The notes beneath the pieces were generated by a model that worked only from the letters and a program-made list of their open reading frames with translations, was not told the origin of the DNA and did no database searches. A DNA stretch of 64,000 nt from Amoebophrya sp. A120 (lineage: Eukaryota > Protista > Dinoflagellata), in NCBI GenBank assembly GCA_905178155.1, contig CAJINV010000025.1, positions 180,122 through 244,121 on the forward strand, read 5' to 3'. Of the stretch, positions 35,833 through 49,992 are shown piece after piece (positions within the stretch are counted from its first letter, which is position 1; the number at the start of each line of letters is the position of its first letter). The translations under genes were made by a program, and so were the position numbers.

Positions 35833-37302
35833 GTTGAAATATTCAAACGCTTGTTGAGTACTATCCAGCTATCAGCGGGTGGGGGGTGTTCGTCTTCTTT
35901 GTTCCCCTGATGTTCGTTTGATGTTTTTTTTCCCATTTCCATCCTCTATCTAAGAAACCTTCGCTATTAAGTGTGAACCCCCACTTGTTTCACGAACTCT
36001 GAATCATCTTCTAGTACAATAAACCAACTGGTGCATAACTCACCCAGTCTGAGTCATCGTGTCTTTGATCACGTAATGCCAATAGAAGAAGCCGGCGCAA
36101 GCAACTTGAAAATAAACCCAAAGCTGCATGAAAAGCTGTACCCCAAGCTCAGCAAGCGGCTGGTACTGCTATCCCGAGACTTTCTTTTGCAAAAATCTCT
36201 TGATGTTAGAAAGCCAAAGTTGTTCCCCCTGTCCTTTTCGAGGTTCCGGTTTTTTAGGCCGATGAGCCAGCAGCTTCAGTTTCTTACACGTAAAAAATTT
36301 GACAGCTTTTCTTTTTACCCTGACAGTGGGAAGGTAAAGCAGTAAAGGGACGACAGGAAGGCCGGATTCCGGCCGCAAGTTGTTTCCGGCCGCCGGAAAC
36401 AACTTGGGGCGCTTGTTGTTCGAAAAATTTATCGGTCAAAAAACGTAGCTCCTCATGAGTTCAGGAAAAACATGATCTCTACACGACCCGGTATGTTGCG
36501 GCTCCGTGCTGTGGAAGTCAAGAACATCTTCGGTTTAATCCGCAGCAAGGCGCAGCTCGGTATGTTTATATACAACATGTCGTCGGTCTGTCGAGTTGAT
36601 TGCGGAGTTTCGGGGAGAGGTAACATCAGCCTGGCCACAATGCTAGCTGTGATTAGATTTGTAGTCCCTACTTACATTGTACTAGTACAAGTTGTATAAG
36701 TTGTGCCACACACTTCCGCAACAAACGACAACGTGCTGTAGTGCTTTTGTGCGGCACCGGCACGCGAAGCTGAACTATTGATACAACCATTGTTCATGGT
36801 AATTTTTTTTTTCGGACGCCATTCTTCTGAATATTTCCAGTTGAGGAGGATTTTTATTTGTTATCCTGAATCAAAATCAATCCAACCCGTACCCGAGGTG
36901 ATAAGTAGTTGTTTTTCGCTCAAGTGTGGTATTTCGATCCCAGCTAAAGCAAACCGATCTAATAGAAGGAATTTCTTTCCGTTATCGATTGCAAATATAT
37001 CTGGATCTGGAAATTTGTGTTGTTGAAGCTTTCGCTGCAGAGTTGTAGACACTTCCTACATAATTGTCAGCATCAGAACTTTTGCGAGATTCATCGCAAA
37101 GAAGGTACTTACTGCAGATTCAGGCGTAAAACGCACGAAAAAGAAGGTGAAGGTGCTCAATCGCATTCATGCATGACAGATCTTGTTGCCCTTCCAAATT
37201 CGCATGACAAACCCAGCCCCAGACTACATATTTGCCATGCATACCTGGTTGCTTTCCGCTGGACTGTCGTGGTACTTCGATTCCATCTATCCGAACAGAA
37301 TC

Positions 37303-37565
37303 TATCAAATGTAAAAATGTCTGGGTCTGGAACATTCAAAACTTGTGATGCTGTCTCTGGATTCTGAAAAAATTTGTATTGCATGACCAGCAAGACGACT
37401 CCAGTTTGTGCTACGCGGAGAGGTCATTTCTCATGCTGTATAGGCATCACAAAGCGCTCTAAAAATCTGTGATGCTACGGCATGCATCATAGACATCATG
37501 GGTCATGGAAAATATGCATGACAAATCGAGAAATCTTCCAGACCCAGACATTTTTGCATTTGATA
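37303..37565. mobile_element. Introner family A in apparently non-coding or 5'UTR sequence
   Basis: Inverted ends, DR gaatc. Confidence 0.92.
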
Positions 37566-37746
37566 GAATCTAAACCGATCCAATAGGAATTTCTACCTGT
37601 GGAGGCGGTCGGTCGTTCTTCCTGTTGGTGTTGTATACTGTAAAAGTTAAATTTCTACTACCTGTGGAGGTGGTCGGTCGCTACACCAGTAACTAGAACT
37701 ACCAGTCGTGCAACTACTGAAACTGATAGTGATAGCTGCCAAGAAC

Positions 37747-38816
37747 ATGGCAACGCCCTCGAAGTCTGTCGCAGTGAAGAGAATGTCTGTCCCTTCGTTC
37801 ACTACAGCTTCGTATGAACTGCAACTGCAAATATGATGCCTGAGTCTGGAAACTTCTGATGCTGTTTGGTGAATCTTCATGTGGACGCCTTCATTGACAG
37901 CCAAGCATGACAAGTTTTGGAGTTGCTATAGTGTAGCTGCCTATCTGCATGACAAACTGCGTTTCTGCATGTTGACAGAGAAATCTGGCTTTTGGGTGGC
38001 GTGCATGACAGACTTGAGAGCCTGAGCCATGCTAGCCGTGCATGGCAAGCCTTGCATTCTATCAGACCCAGACCACATATTTGCATGTGATACTTCGTGG
38101 TCGGTTTTCCTGGCAAGAACTACATTTTTGTGGTTTTTCTTGGCGGGAGGTGCTGTCGTGACCGACGTGCGCGCAGTCCTAATGCAACCAGCGGGACAAG
38201 GACAAGAGGTAGGAGAACCAAGTCTAGGAGCACAAGAAGCAACACGCCCACGATGGCGTTATGGGAATCTCAAACGTTACATTCTCAACTGTTACATGGA
38301 ATTTGTAAATGCAAGAATGGCAAAAGTGAAAGTTGCGCCTTTTGAATTACAGGTTTGGAGCAGATTATATATAATGCTATCCAGCGCGGCGTCGAGATCG
38401 AGAACTTGTGATGCAAGGAACGCTTGATCGTGTGCAGAGCGATGGCGTTTTTGCATGACAAATCATGTAACAGTTGCGAATGTAACGTTTGAGAATCCCA
38501 TAGGCGTTGCTGTAGGCGGCGAAATCTGCCCGCCGCCGCCGCTTCCGCCACGACGGACAAAGCGGCTGGGGCGGCGCCTCTCCTCGGCGGCGTTGCAGAC
38601 GGACTGGGAACGGACACGCGCTCCGACGAAGACCCCCCCGCGGCGAGCTCTTCCTCCCCCCGCGGCCGCGCCGCGGCGAGAAGTTCCTCCCGGCGCGCAC
38701 GCGCCGGCTCCGCTTCCGCCTCGACGGGCGAAGCGGCTGGGGACGCGCCGCAGGCGCCGCCGCGCAGCCGCTCCCGTGGTATATTCAAAACTGGTTTTGA
38801 ACGCTGTTTCTCATAG
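37747..38816 (+). CDS. Spliced gene, putative secreted Ala/Ser-rich hypothetical protein
   Basis: MATPSKSVAVKRMSVPSFTTAS+WSVFLARTTFLWFFLAGGAVVTDVRAVLMQP...RWR+CCRRRNLP...CFS* across introners 37813-38092 and 38260-38502; the opposite strand is also largely open. Confidence 0.5.
37813..38092. mobile_element. Introner family A
   Basis: Inverted ends, DR cttcg. Confidence 0.83.
38260..38502. mobile_element. Introner family F (TIR tatgggaatctcaaacgttacattc)
   Basis: About 40-bp inverted ends, DR ggcgt; degenerate relative near 5359-5488. Confidence 0.9.
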
Positions 38817-39188
38817 ATCAAAATACAGAAAATGAACAGGACGAGAAGAAAAAGCTACGAAAGCGATCAAGCAAGAAAAGGACCGGAATACCAAGGAAAA
38901 GCAAGCAGATTCTTGCTACGATCGAGAAGAAAAGAAACGGAGAAGAGGAAAAAGAGAAAAGGAAAGAGCTTGAATCCGATTTACGCTGAATCCGAATGAA
39001 AAACTGCCTTGTTTCTATATTCAAAGAGCTGAGCCACGGCTGCGGGCAAGTTAGGAATAGGAAAAGACGCGAAATAGCATAAGAATCTGGGGAAAGCTCG
39101 ATGATGTTAGGGAATTTGTAATTCGAACCTTTTGAATTTGATGTAGTTTTAGCGGGTGTTCGAATTGGAACTCGGTAGGCTTGCATTT

Positions 39189-41235
39189 GAAAAAAAAAAT
39201 CTTTCCATTTCGAAACTAGGTCCCACACGCTCCCCCTCCCCGGCGAAAACTTTCTCCCTGCCCGCGCTCGGCGACGCTACTGGTTCACTTCAGCCGCACG
39301 GGCTCCATGAATGTGTTGCGGCTTGGGACGGAAGGACACCAGGGCGAGCTCCCTGCCTGCGGCAGCGGGGCCGACTGCGCGGCGGGCCCCCGCTGCGTTT
39401 CCCCTGTTGCAGGCGCCGAGCGATGTACGCGACAAGAGCCCTTGCATGCGAGTGGGAAAGGAAGGCGGGGGGCCCCGAACAACACGGGGGCCCCCCGCGA
39501 GCAGGTGAAAAAGGTGGAGGGGGCCCCTTGGGCACCGGTGGTACAGGCCGGGGGCCCCCCGCGCCCGCGCGGGAGAGAAAGGCGGGGGGCCCCCTTGGGC
39601 GCCCCCGGCCTCCAAAGGTGGAGGCCGGGGGCCCCCTGCGGGCGGGGGAGATTTACCGCGGAGAAGGACGGGGCCCCCCCCCGGCCTCCCTCCGGCGGGC
39701 GGCCCGGCCGGAAGAAGGGCGGGGGCCCCCTGCGGAGGCGGAAGCGCGGGGCCCCCTGCGGACGCGGGATACGCAGCGGGCGGTAAGGCGGGAGGCGGGG
39801 GCCCCCTGTTTCACCAGGCAGGCGGCCCGGGAGAAGGTCGGGGGCCCCCTGTGGAGGCGGAAGGGTGGGGGCCCCCTGCGGACGCGGGATACGCAGCGGG
39901 TGAGGTGGAGGCGGAAGCGTGGGGGCCCCCTGCGGAGGCGGGATGCCCCGCGGGCGGGAGGGCGGGAGGCGGGGGCCCCCTGTTTTCCCCGACGGTATGC
40001 TGGACGCAAAAATAGTAACCCTCATCGTAGCGTCGTCCTTACAAGTCTAGGCCTCAGCGCGTACCGGTCTCAAAAAAAATCTTTCCATTTCGAAACTAGG
40101 TCCCACACGCTCCCCCTCCCCGGCGAAAACTTTCTCCCTGCCGCCCGCGTTAAAGAAGGCCTCTTTACGTAGCTAGTTACTTCTTTACAAAAGGACCCAA
40201 AAAAGGAGACCTAAGGTTCGGGTGTGAATTTCTTCACCCAGCTTCTGTTCCCTTCCTTGAGTTGCTGAGGTGTTGAAGTTTACACCTATGCTCGACTGTG
40301 CAAGAGGGTTTTTGCCTTACCCCTCTAAGGTCTCAGGAATCACGCTGCCACACTGTTTCCAAACCCACGCCGACACTACCAAAAAGACTTTTTGATATAG
40401 AATGAAAAAGCCACAAAGAAGCATGCTGTAGGGGGAAGGGAAAAGGCTTGCAGCTACTCAAAAAGCGCGGCCAAGAATATCAGAGGGCTTGCCTGGGGGT
40501 AGTTTCTGCATAGATGCCGCGCTCGTGTATTTTTTATATCGTAGTAAAGACGTAGAAGAGCAAGGGCGCGATTTGGTCGGCAACTGCCCCCTTCTCTGCC
40601 TTCCTCCAGCAGCAATACTTCCAAAAAGAGCCTATGCACAGCCAACATTCCGCCGCGCCCAGCCATGCATGTCGTGGCACTTCGACGTCCCAAAGGTTGC
40701 ATCTTCAAAACTCACAAGAGTGAAATGAGATTTCCCGACCTTTAGGCTTAGCATTTTAGGCGTGAGGGGCGGGGCAGTGGGCCACTAGGAGGAACAGGTA
40801 CAGAATCACCACCGAAAATGGGAGTGTGCTGCAGCCTTCGCGTTACATTACCACGGTTGTCGACTCCCACGCTCAGCTGGGGTGGAGGCAACCCGGTGGT
40901 GTGACTAGCTGCGTACTGACCAATGTGAGCAACCGTAGCATTGTCGCGAGGAGGAGGGAACAGCAGTCCGGAGACCGGTGGATTCGCAATGCGAGAAGCC
41001 GGAGAAGGGGTCAGACCGCAACCTACAGAACACGAATTGGAACCGCGATGAGATGATGATGACGAGCCTGGATCAACACCATTTCCGATCTGAGGTTGTC
41101 ATTAGATGCATTGCAGTTTTATGTTTGTGCCTATGTATTTAAAAAAAAAAAAATCTTTCCATTTCGAAACTAGGTCCCACACGCTCCCCCTCCCCGGCGA
41201 AAACTTCCTCCCTGCCGCCCGCGCTCGGCGACGCC
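39189..41235. repeat. Three copies of an about 80-bp A-run-headed sequence, the first two enclosing a GC-rich GGGGCCCC palindrome array
   Basis: aaaaatctttccatttcgaaactaggtcccacacgctccccctccccggcgaaaac at about 39189, 40073, 41141; palindrome-rich repeats about 39465-39980. Confidence 0.8.
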
Positions 41236-41299
41236 GCTTCCGCCTCGAACGCAGCGGCTGGGTACGCTCTCGGCGGCGCTGGAACTGCGCGAGTTAAGG

Positions 41300-44200
41300 T
41301 GCTGAAGAGTAATGGGCATCAAATGCGAACAATATGTCTGGGTCTGGAAGCCTGCAGGATTTGTCATGCATTTCGCGGACGATCATCACGAAAATCGAAA
41401 TCCATGGCTTGGAATGCAATTGCAAACAGAAGCATCTTCACAGATTTTGCGAGACCTTCCTCATGCCCATCCCACATGATCAACGTCCTCACAGTGAAGC
41501 GGCGGCTTTCTGCTCATCAGATCATGAGAAGTAGTAGCCTACCGTTTGACTCACTAGCAAGGAAGAAGTATTGAGCTGCTTTTGGCTTTCATGACACGCA
41601 GACGGACCTCTACCCTTTTGGTCCCGAGACTGCGCATGACAACAAGCTGCATCCTTCCAGTTCCAGACAAGTTTGTTGACATGCATAATGCTCCGTTGGG
41701 AATTATCCAGTCTCATCTGATGAATGAAGATCCGGGTCACTACTTGATGAATCTATTCAAGCTGACGTTTTCCGGCTTGCAGAGTCAGCTGCCCTATCAC
41801 ATGTAAAAATGTCTGGGTCTGTAACAATGCAACTTGTGATGCTGCGTCTGCATTATCTAAGAATCTGTATTGCATGAACAGCAAAAGAGGTCTGGTTTCG
41901 GCCACGGCGAGAGGGCATTTCTCATGCGTTATAGGCATCAGAAAGCCCTCACAAGATCTGTGATGCTAGGGCATGCATCGCAGACATCAGGAGTCATGCA
42001 AAATGTGCATGACAAACCTTGCATCCTTCCAGACCCAGACACTTTTGCATTTTATATGCCCCGGGACGAAACGATGTGGTTTGACAACCGGATGTGCTCG
42101 CTTACCGAGATATCCTGAGTAAAAACGTCCCCACACCAGAGTCAGGATGGGGATTTTGCAACACAAACCTAGGAGTTTTAGGAGTCACGCATGACAAGTT
42201 GCACTCCGCAGTGTAGTGCAGGTTAGCAACTGCAGCCGCATCACAGATTCATCTGCGGATCCTGTTCACAGCATCACAAATTCCAATACACGACTGGAAA
42301 TGCCTTTCATGGGGATGCGCATTACAAGTCTTCCTGTCTTTGCAAATCTGCATTACAACTCTGGCGTGGGGACGTTTTTACTCAGGATACGAGATCCGTG
42401 ACGAGGTATTCGAGTCGTGGAAAACCGCCGACTCGAATCGTCCTGGAGTCTGGAAGGTTCCGCGGGTCACGTTGTATCCAGCGGAATTAAGTATGCCTGG
42501 GTCTGGAAGGGTGGAACCTGTAATGCTGGTCTTACATTCCTGTGAATTGAAAGTGAAATCTGTACTGCAGGACCAACAAAAGTAGCCGCGGCCGCCTCTT
42601 GTGTCATACAAAGTCGCAGTTTCTCATGTGCCGGGCTGCGCATGTTGAGAAAGTCTTCTGGAAAGTTGTCATGCTTGGCTGCGTTTTTCGGAAGTGTTTC
42701 TATCACCCACACTCTAGCCTCACAAGTTTCCAGACATCGAGGGATATTTGCAATGCATACGGTGGGCCAGGAGGCCGGGGTCTGGTGGGACCTCTTTTTC
42801 CACGACCCGTGGAGCGACGCCCGGGTTTTCAAGGCAGTGAGCAGAGGGTTTCCCGATTTAACAGCGGGAACCAAAAGCCCGAATGTGATCTCCTCCGCCT
42901 TTGCGTCGTTCTTTAAGGAGAAGGTCTTTCCCCTCTCGAGGAAGTTCATGAGCTTAGCTGATGATGATGAACAGAAAGCCCTAAGTCTCGCCTTTGTAGA
43001 CGCTTTCGCCGGCGCGCTAGAGCTATCAAGTTCAAATATGTCTGGGTCAGAAGTTTACGGTTGCAAGGCTTATCTATCGCGCAGCTTTCGCATGACGACC
43101 CAGTGCTCCCAGATGGGCTGCGGGCTCTCGTATCTTCACATCAAGTTTTGAGAAGGCTCATCCTCGATCATGATGCCTATGTTCAGCATGAGACAACACG
43201 TTGTCTCTCTTTGGGTAACCGAACAAAGTGGGCATGTGTTTTGCTGGCTATGCAACAGTACAGACTTACGTGTCGAGCAGACGAGGCAGACCTAGCATAA
43301 TGAATAAGTACATTCGGGCTCTACAACTTCCAGACCCAGATACTATAGTTGCACTGCATAAAGTCGGCCCGGGGCGACGACCAAGCACGCGGTCAGCTTT
43401 TGGTCGTCTCAGGTTGATACTGAGTACGGCGGGAAAGTTGAGAACAAGTTTGAGGTTTCCTACGGTGGAAGATCCGGCCTCCCACGAGAGCAGCTCACGA
43501 CTTTCAAGCCTCACTATGGTGGCGCAGAGCATCTAGATGGCGTCGCTATGATTAAACCAGAAATCCCCCTGAAGAAATACATGCTTCTCGGAAAACGAGT
43601 CAAGGAGGGGGCCAGGGCCACTAGATTGAATAACTCACAGGGTGCTGGGGCTTCAACTGTGCTAGTGTTTCACTACACGACATGTCCGCGCCTCTCTCCA
43701 GGCCGTAGGCTAAGCATGACGAGCTCCATTCGCCGCAACTGCAAGCGCCGCCCTGCGTGCATTTGTATGTAGTGAGGTGAGGAGCGTGCATCTTCGTGGG
43801 AAGAGGAGCGAGCGGCGTTTGTGCTTCTGGTCTCGTTTACAACAGTTATTTGAAACCGGAGCACGCCCAAGACGGCGGCTGGTCAAAATATGCAATGGAA
43901 AATAAGTAGTTACAGGCCCCACCCTAGCAAACTTTTTGCCCCGCCCATCGTTGTGGGCTCCGAGGAGCATGCACCCCTTCCGGATTTCTGGTCTAATATA
44001 AAGGCCGGCAATGTCGACCTCGACGAGAAACAAGCAGAATCGTTTGGGGCCAGGGGCTGGGGATACTCCTCTAGTCTCGACGACGAGAACGAGCTGCTGC
44101 TGCGAAGGCCAGGGGATACTACTCTGGTCTCACAGGGCTGTTTGTGCGTTGGTGTTGACGAAGAAACCCGAAAGCTTCCGTTGTGCGCGCTGTTAGCTCG

Positions 44201-44378
44201 GAGGAGCTCTTACGCTTTGATGGAGCTAACCATTACGAGGGCTGAACATTACGGGGACACGCATGCTACAAAGTACGAACTGAAAATTAACATTCGTGTG
44301 TTTTTCCGGCCTACAAAAGAGTTTGGAGGCCTTGACAGAACCGACTTGGAGGAAGAATGCGGACGCCTTCCCTGGTAA
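41300..44378 (+). CDS. Spliced gene, hypothetical protein; ends uncertain
   Basis: PLGIIQSHLMNEDPGHYLMNLFKLTFSGLQSQLP+RDETMWFDNRMCSLTE+IRDEVFESWK...+GQEAGVWWDLFFHDPW... continuous across introners 41795-42056, 42111-42389, 42475-42759. Confidence 0.55.
41795..42056. mobile_element. Introner family A
   Basis: Inverted ends, DR tgccc. Confidence 0.9.
42111..42389. mobile_element. Introner family D
   Basis: Inverted ends, DR cgaga. Confidence 0.92.
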
Positions 44379-44859
44379 GATTTTCTTGACAAGCTTCCCT
44401 GCTCTAAAAAGTGCATCGCTTCCTTTTCTTTATCCTTTTCAGAAATCGAGCTTTCCAACGCGAAAACGCTACATGACCCCACAGCTCGACCAAAGAAGCG
44501 ATAGAACAAGAGCGCTAACAAGAAGACGACTTAGACTAGTGAAAGAACAGGAAGTTGCGCAGGAAAGTAAGACAACGATTAACAGCAGGGATAGGGAAGA
44601 CGGTCCATGAATTGATTGAGTTCGTTGAGCATTTTACTTTTGACAAAAAAGATCCATCAAAAATGAAAATGGTCACCCCTTTCAGTTGATATGCCGACAG
44701 TGCGTCGAGAATCTGATGAAGAAATAAAAGAATGGCGCGCCAGGCTACAAAGTACTTATTGTTATTTACAAAAGAACGAAATAAAAGTAAAACCAAACAG
44801 GGTAGAATTTTCTTTCGTCATCTCTCCGGCCAAAGCGACGCCGGTATTTTCTTTCGTCA

Positions 44860-45700
44860 GTATCTTTTTCACCGCTTCGGCCCGAGCAACGCCGGGGGCG
44901 CGGGTATTAAAAAGAGCCGGCCCCCTTACGCGTGTAGCCTTTGGGCCGTGGCACTTCGGCGGCGCGAAAATCCCGGGAAAAAAAAAGAAAGGCGCCGCCC
45001 CCGCCGTAGGTTGCAGGTACGCGAAAGCGCTGCGGAGCTGCCGCCGCAGCGCCGAAGCGCCATGGCTGCCCGTAGAAATTTTTCTTTTTTCTCTATTCAC
45101 TTCGGCCCGAGCTTCGCCGGGGGCGCGAGCATTAAAAATAAAGCGCTGGCCCGCCCCCTATGCGTGTAACACTCTGGTCGCGAAACTCCGAAGGCGCGAA
45201 AATGTTGAAAAAAAAAAGGCGCCGCCGGCATAGCCACTAGGCAGGCGCAAGCGCCGGGGGGCATGCAAGTACGTAGCCGCCGCGGCCCCCCCCAAACTAA
45301 CACCACCCAACGAATCCCGACGAAATTTATCTTCTCCACCTTCGGCCCGAGCTTCGCCGGGGGCGCGGGTATTAAAAAAAAGCCCCGGCCCCCGTACGTG
45401 TGTAACCCTTGGGCCCCCACGGGGCGCGAAAACCTAAAAAAAAAAAAGGCGCCGCCGGCATAGCCACTAGGCAAGCGCAAGCGCTGCGGGGCATGTAAGT
45501 AGCCGCCGCAGCCCCCAAACTGACACCATCCAAGCAAACCCAGTGAAATTTATCTTCTTCACCACTTCGGCCCGAGCTTCGCCGGGGGCGCGGGTATTAA
45601 TTAAAAAAAAGCGCCGGCCCCCGCACGCGTGTAACCCTTGGGCCGCGACACTCCGGAGGCGCGGAAATCTCCAAGAAAAAAAGAAAGGCGTCGCCCCGGG
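44860..45700. repeat. GC-rich tandem repeat, about 230-bp unit, about 4 copies
   Basis: ttcggcccgagcttcgccgggggcgcg...attaaaaa recurs near 44877, 45101, 45341, 45567. Confidence 0.8.
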
Positions 45701-47168
45701 AGAAAAACTTTTGCGCAGTAAATAAGTACACACTTCTGCGAAGAGAAATAAGCGAAGGCGCCCGGACTTTTTCTCCTGCGGAAGATGATAAAGTGCAAGA
45801 CTACAACGACGCCCGCTTCTCACAGTGACAATCACAAATTTTTGCACAGCCCGACGCTGGTGGCGCGGTCCACTACGTATGGGCGAACTCCTGCAAACCT
45901 CTGTATGCGTGACGTATGAATCTAGTTCGAGTGACTTTCTGTTTCTAGCCCGAAGACAAATGGTCGGAAACGCAGCCCAGTTGTGTCTTTGTGTGCCGCT
46001 GGAGATAGGGATGCTGACTGATGTAAGTTTACGCCAGTTTTCTCCTTTTTTTTTCGACATATAAAAAACGCGACGTGGTTACTACTCCAGTCGCACTCGT
46101 AAAATTCTTTTTTGAGAATGCAAGCCGTAGCTGGTTTGCTCTTTCTGATACCACGTCGAGTTTCGTCGCGAAGCACCGTAAAGCATCCTGATGAGATTCT
46201 TCTTATGTGCAGTAAAAAAGATATTAAGCTACACTGCGAAGCGAATGCGAAACACTAAGCCCTGACTTCTTATTCTGTGGAAAGTAAAATGCAAGACTGC
46301 AACGACATAGACGTGCGCTCGCAGTGACTATCACAAATTTTTGCACAACTCGACGCTGGTTGCGCGGTCTACTACTCATGGGCGAACTCCTGCAACCGCT
46401 ATGAGTGGTTATGAGTTAAGTATCGAGTTCCCGCCGTGGGCCTTGGCCTTCTTCGCATCAAGGTTGTGTGTTCCGTAAGAATGAAAAAAGTCAGTTGTTC
46501 TTTCATCTCAAGAAATTCCCAGATAGTGTTGTTGAAGCTGTTGACTGAGCCTGCGAACTTATCAACACTCTTATTGCAAGGAAAAATTTTCCCTCCTCAA
46601 CCTCATGTTGAAAACGTAAACGTATGCGTCTGAAAATTTGTGATGGAGATTTCGACGAATCAAACGTCTTCTTTTGAATAAAGTCTAGGTGTGATTGAAG
46701 AAGAGCAGCTTCTTCACGGAGAGAGAAGATCAAGATGAAAATTTTCACGATTTGGTTTTGTCCTCCATGTGTCGGGAGCACCACAGCGGTGGGCGATAGA
46801 ACGTTATTGTCGTCCTGTGTTCCTGTTCCGGCCTGAATCTGAGTTACTCTTCTGTTACGCATTGTATGTTATGCAAATTCACTGCAACGCAGTTACAACC
46901 AGAGAAGCACGACAACGAACCAGGAAAAATTGACACGAGAAGGAATTTTGGTTGGTCAGCGATGCACATCAAGAACATTTCCGGTGTCGTGTTTTTTGTC
47001 AATGCTACCAAAAGTGGAAAAGCTGCGTTTTCGGTGGCAGAAAGCCTAATATTTCGCTCAGCTTCCGCCAGCACAAGAACCGTATACAGATAAATGGATG
47101 CTTGAAAATCAAAATCAGTGGACTGTAGGTGATCACGACCATGATATCGAGGAACGCATAGATAAAAG

Positions 47169-49992
47169 ATGGATCTCAATGCGGAAGCGGTTCGCTGGTT
47201 GGCTGCCACCACCTCCGGCAGTGATGGTGGAACGAGAAACAGTAATTATGGTGCGCCAACGACAGCTGCAAATAAAAGAGCATCTGCTGAAATGAATTCC
47301 ACGCGTCGCGACAGCACGACAACGCTGTTAAACAACAACCCCCTTCCCGCTTTTCAGCTGCTGCACCGCGCGTTGAAGCAAGGCATTGTGTACGCATTGC
47401 AAATTAATAAGTATGCCGAAGTCTGGAGTAGACAAAAATCTGTGTTGCATGGACGGAAAAAGTTGCCTAGCACTTCTAGTAACGCAGAGGGCGAATTTCT
47501 CATGCGGAATAGGCACTAAGGCGCTCTTGCGCAATCTGTGATGCTTGTGGTCGCATTACAAACCAACTTTGTTTTCCACGAGATGCATTGCATTCTTCCA
47601 GACCGAGACATTATTTGTTTTTGATATCGTGGAGAAAGACCTGTTTTTGTTAGCGGAGACCTGGGCGAACCTCGGGCTGGCGTATCGCAAGTTGCAGCAG
47701 CACGAGATATACCCAGTGCAAAAGTCTCGTACTCCGACGTAGTCGTACTCGTACAAATTACAGTGATGGAGGAGCACGACAAATTTCTCTTCCTGACGAG
47801 CTAAATCAAGAACGTGACAATTTTTGAACTTCCATTGATTTGTAAATGCAATTCCATTTGATGTAATGCTAATGTTGAGAAAATTTGTAGTGTACTATGC
47901 AGTTGGTACTCGCTGCACGATAGTACTTTTGCATTGCATAGTGTGTTGCAGAATGTTTCCGAGTTCGGCACCTCCTCTCCCGTCCACGACCAGCAACAGC
48001 TGCAGGATTTATCCACTGCAAAAGTGTGTGGGTCTGGAAACTTGTGATGCAAGTCAGGGAAAAATGCGTATACTGGAATGCACTGCCAAGCATGACAAGT
48101 TTTTCCGTGGTTCAGAGTTGCGTACTCCGCATGAGAAACTGCGTTTTTGCATGACAGGGAAGAGAAGCCCTTTGCGGTCACGCAATACTGAGCTCACAGT
48201 CATGCCGGACTAGCATGACAAATCCCGGAATCTTGGAGACCCAGACATTTTTGCATTTGATAGGATTTGGCCATTTACAATCTGCAGCTTTCCGCCAGCC
48301 TGCTCAGACGGGTTTTGGACCACGACAACGACATAGAAATTCAGAACGCTCTAAACGCCCTCGAAGGAGCATCGAATTATACTTATCCCACGGGTTCTTC
48401 TAGCACGACGACCGGGTCTACTTCTCTGTCGCTGGACGCCACGTTGTATTAAATGCAAAAGCATCGTACTAGTAGAAATCGCATGACAAATTCTGTCAGC
48501 ATGAAAAATGGAATTTGTAATGCGGATTTCGGGTAAGAAGGACATTTGTAATGCATGACTGCGATTACTACGAGTACGATACTTTTGCACAGGATACGTT
48601 GCAGAACCACTCGAAGCTGGCTTCCCTCTACCTGAACTTGTCCGTCTTGCACCACGAAAAAGCGCGGGCTGCGGTAAATAAAATATCGACGTCTACAACT
48701 TGCGGAACGACATCGTCACAGCCCTCAAATCAAAAGAACCAGACCAGGAGTTGCTTTGAAGATGACTACACTATGAACGTGCAAAAGCATTGTGCTCGTT
48801 GCGATTGCAATCATGCATTGCAAATTTTTTTGTCAAGTCAAATCCGCATTACAAATTTTATTTCTCATGAATTTGTCATGCGATTTTCATTTTTACTAGT
48901 ACGATGCTAGTGCTTCTGCTTTTGCAGTGCATACGAACCGCTTTTCACCTCCTGGTCCCAACCGCCGACCCGGAAATCGAGCACGAGACAGCACTGCAGT
49001 ACGGGATCCAATGTGTCGACATGTGTGTCTCGGCGCTGCTGCGTTTGGAACAGAATCCCAACTTTGCAGTACCGAATTTATTTTACGCGCAGGATCAACA
49101 TCTTCTTCCCGGCAGCTCAGCGCAAGAACGGCTGTCCTCTGCGGCAACTATGATGTACAACAAAAACAGCGGCACGACCAACTCCTCCTCTTCTACTTCC
49201 AGTAGTCAACAGAAGCTGTATATCCGAGGAAAAAAGATTGTACAGGTGTAACTTTTTTGGGGAAACAGCATTACAAATCTGTCTGGCATGAGAGCAAAAC
49301 CTGTCATGCGCAGATTGTAGGTGAAAACGCGCCTGAATGGACCTTACAATGCATGGCCGGCATGAGAGCTGCAAATACTTTGCATGTTGCGCATCACAAA
49401 TTTAGATTTACACTAACAATGTTTCTTTCCTTGATACTGTACTCGATCCTGGCCTTGGGTTATCACAGGAAAAAAGTGTTACAGAAGTTACACATTTGTT
49501 GGAGCTTCTGCATCACAAATTTTTTCTGTGTGGCAGAGAAAACTTGTAATGCGAAGATCATAAGGGAAAACAGGAAGGAAAAGAGGCTCGGAAGCACTTC
49601 CTGCCTGAGAAAGGTTGTCTCTGTTGCCAGTCTTGCATGACAATGTGTAACTGTAACACTTTTTTCTTGCCATATGGGTTACAACCAGCTCGGGATCGCA
49701 TACGAGAAAGTCCGGGAGTTTCGAAAGGCGTATATCCCGTGCAAAAGTATCGTACTCGTACTAATTGCGTTTATGCACTACAAATATTTTTCTTCAGGCA
49801 AGTCCGCATTACAAATTGAATTTGTAATGCTAAGTCACTTATTTGTGATGCAAGTTATACTAGTACGATGCTTTTGCATATTGCATAGCGTACTGTGCCT
49901 ACCAGAACGCGCAGAATGTGTGCGCAACGTGTCTGGGACCGGAACATCGGGTTAGTAAAGTGGTGGAAAATTCGTGTGCGAGGATTTTTTAA
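47169..49992 (+). CDS. Spliced gene, TPR-like helical repeat protein
   Basis: Exons give LAETWANLGLAYRKL, LASLYLNLSVLH, LALGYNQLGIAYEKVREFRKAYCAYQNAQNVCATCLGPEHRVS; 8 introners. Confidence 0.72.
48010..48262. mobile_element. Introner family A
   Basis: Inverted ends, DR ggatt. Confidence 0.88.
48447..48596. mobile_element. Introner family B
   Basis: Inverted ends, DR cgttg. Confidence 0.9.
49221..49436. mobile_element. Introner family E
   Basis: Degenerate inverted ends, DR ctgta. Confidence 0.82.
49461..49674. mobile_element. Introner family E
   Basis: Inverted ends, DR tgggt; very similar to 50915-51133. Confidence 0.9.
49733..49887. mobile_element. Introner family B
   Basis: Inverted ends, DR gcgta. 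Confidence 0.9.

Noticed and set aside
39156-40172. 338-aa Gly/Arg/Pro-rich ORF and overlapping ORFs
   Set aside because: GC-rich palindromic repeat open in several frames on both strands.
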